From Geosiphon pyriformis uo1 (lineage: Eukaryota; Fungi; Glomeromycota), in NCBI GenBank assembly GCA_016748015.1, contig JAAOMT010000295.1, forward strand, positions 620,001 to 684,000: a stretch of DNA of 64,000 nucleotides. Direction: 5' to 3'. Shown piece after piece: positions 61,779 through 64,000 of the stretch. The notes under the pieces were generated by a model that ran no database searches, was not told the DNA's origin, and worked only from the letters and a program-made list of their open reading frames with translations. The number at the start of each line of letters is the position of its first letter. Position 1 is the stretch's first letter. The position numbers and the translations under genes are program-made.

Positions 61779-64000
61779 TTATTAATCTTGCCAATAGGAG
61801 TTTTAGTTGCTCTATTTGCAGTAATAATTCTGGCACTGACAGCTTGATCAACTTAATAACTTAATTGGTTCATAAGTTGTTATGTGATAATATTGTTTGC
61901 TAATCTATTATCAAGAATTAACTTAATAAATTGGTTATTGGCTTTAATATTAGTATATATGATGATAATAAGTTTGGTATTAAGAATAGTTCTATTAAAT
62001 AATAAATTTTTTGATTGATTTTTCAACTCAAATAAGAAGATAATAGCTAATAATTTATCTTTTATAATAGTTGCTAGTAAGATATTATTAGTTAATAGTT
62101 GTGTTAATGATTTTGAATTATTAGATTAAGCATTTTTTGGGGTAACTAAGAGACTTAAATAGCTTTAAGAATTCAGATTTTGAGTGTACTTACCTCCTAA
62201 ACTCCATTGACATAATTTTAATAACTGGTTTAATAAACTGGAAATTAGTTGATATATTATTATTGTTGATCTTTAATTCTGTTAGATGTAAGTAATTTTT
62301 GGTCTTGGATTTTTGGTTAATATTAATACAATATTTTGGGGTGGTGCTTGAATTTGTTGAGATTAATAAATTATTTGTGACTATAAAGCTTAATAAATTA
62401 CTAGTGCTAAAATCTGATAAATAGAAAGTAAGTATATTGATTATTGCATTATTGAAATATAATAAAACTAATATTAATATTGTTTAATTAAGTTGTTAAT
62501 GTAATTTGGGTGTTTGAAATTAGCAATTGAGATTTTTATATTGGTTTTTAATTATAAATTATTAGACTTGAAATAACAATCTGCTTTTAGATAGTTTTGT
62601 TTATTATAGTAGTTAGTAATTACATATTTTTTGTTATTACAATTAATTTGCTAATAATGATAACAAATATGATTAATTTTAAAAGTGATTGGAGTTTTTT
62701 TGATTGTTATAACATTGTAAAAATTAATAAATTGCTAAATTGTTAGCTAAGTATCTCTCTAATTTTTGATTAATTAAATTATTAAATTGTTTTAGCTTAG
62801 AATCTAGTTTAGATGATTTGTTTATTACTAAGTTGATGACTTAGACATAATTGGCTTCAAGTTCAATTAATTCAAAATTTTTGGCATATATAACTGTGTC
62901 TTGAAAAGTATTTGGGTGCATTAAACAAAAAAATACTGTATAATTCATAAATAAATTAATTTAAAATCTGTAATATTACTTATAAAAAAAGTACAAGAAA
63001 AAAAGTAGGAAAAACAAATAAAAAATAGACCAATAAAAGAATAGTACTTAGCAAATAAACACAATCAGAAAATTATAACATATTGCTTAGCAATATGCAT
63101 ATTGTCAGTAAATTATGACATACTGCTTAGCAATAAACATATTATTAGAGAAAATAGGGCACATTGCTTAAGAAAAGGCAAAATTTTGTATAATAAAAAT
63201 TATATATATATAGCAGAAGTATTAGAAACAAGAAAAACAGATTTGATACAGACAAAATCAATAAAACTCATTAATTACTTAATACTTCTTTCTTTAAAAA
63301 GTAGTTTTTTATAACTTGAAATAGAATTAATTCACATATTAATAAAATATCAATTATTAACTAAAATCTATGTTACTATTACTTGATTAAAAAAGATTAA
63401 TTAATTTCATGTTATTAATATTCAATATTAATAGAATCCAATACTTAACCACACTAGACCAATAATTTTTAATTATAGCTATTAACAGAATACTAATTTT
63501 TTATTTTTTATTTTATTTTTTATTTTTATTTTTATTTTTTTTTGTTTTATTTCTTTGTTGTTTACTAATTGATTAAAAAAATTAAGTACTGAGTATTTGA
63601 TGTCAAGAATAGTCTGATAAAAAACCTGAAAATAAAGGTAGAAATTTAAGAATAGCTTACCAAAAAGACATAACTATCAGAATAAACCAGCTATCATGTT
63701 AAAAAAAAAGATTTACAGAAGAAATTCTTAATTGAATTTTTGTTTATTATACAAAAAACTCAACCAAAATTTTTAGACTCCAAAATTTTCAGAAATTATT
63801 AATATCATCAACTATTGAGCACTATATTACAAATTTGTTATTTGTTTTAACACCCCAAATAATTATCTGTAACAATAATACTGTAAAGTAATCAGCATTA
63901 ATTGCTTGAATTTGACACAGATTTTTGTAGAAATGCCCTAAGTAAATAGTAACTGCTTTAATATTATCTTGTTTAATTATGGTAAAACTAGTTAACAAAT
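61779..64000 (-). mobile_element. Decayed family-C/D gag-protease fragment, interrupted by a solo LTR
   Basis: Reverse complement reads DQAVSARIITANRATKTPIGKINN (protease) and is colinear with ~58860-59975. Confidence 0.8.
62974..63874 (+). mobile_element. Solo LTR, family C
   Basis: TATTAC...GTAACA ends; TSD GTAA/ATAA; homolog of 20947-21911. Confidence 0.85.

Overview
Eukaryotic, very AT-rich genomic DNA, most likely fungal; intron-rich gene style and TE types suggest an early-diverging lineage such as Glomeromycotina/Mucoromycota (inference). One host gene is present: a 13-exon phospholipase D (11718-15075, +, ~713 aa, two HKD motifs, apparently no PX/PH domains). The rest is transposon sequence. 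1-11110 holds a young LINE-type element (minus strand, intact RRM+CCHC ORF1, ATGA overlap into ORF2), a Ty3/Gypsy pol remnant and a decayed full-length LINE with an RNase H domain. 16006-64000 is a nest of Ty3/Gypsy LTR elements and solo LTRs from about four LTR families (my labels A-D), resolvable by TGTTA...TAACA ends and 4-bp TSDs. The most unusual signal is an architecture shared by two divergent Gypsy families: Pol stops after RNase H, integrase is a separate out-of-frame ORF preceded by a branch-point/acceptor-like motif, and an uncharacterised accessory ORF abuts the PPT. Each LTR family also carries its own short tandem array. Family A adds Cys-rich modules and a dUTPase between protease and RT; family B has a U_UUA_AAC -1 frameshift site. 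The repeats show strong C>T/G>A decay, hitting CpG first. All coordinates were read by eye.
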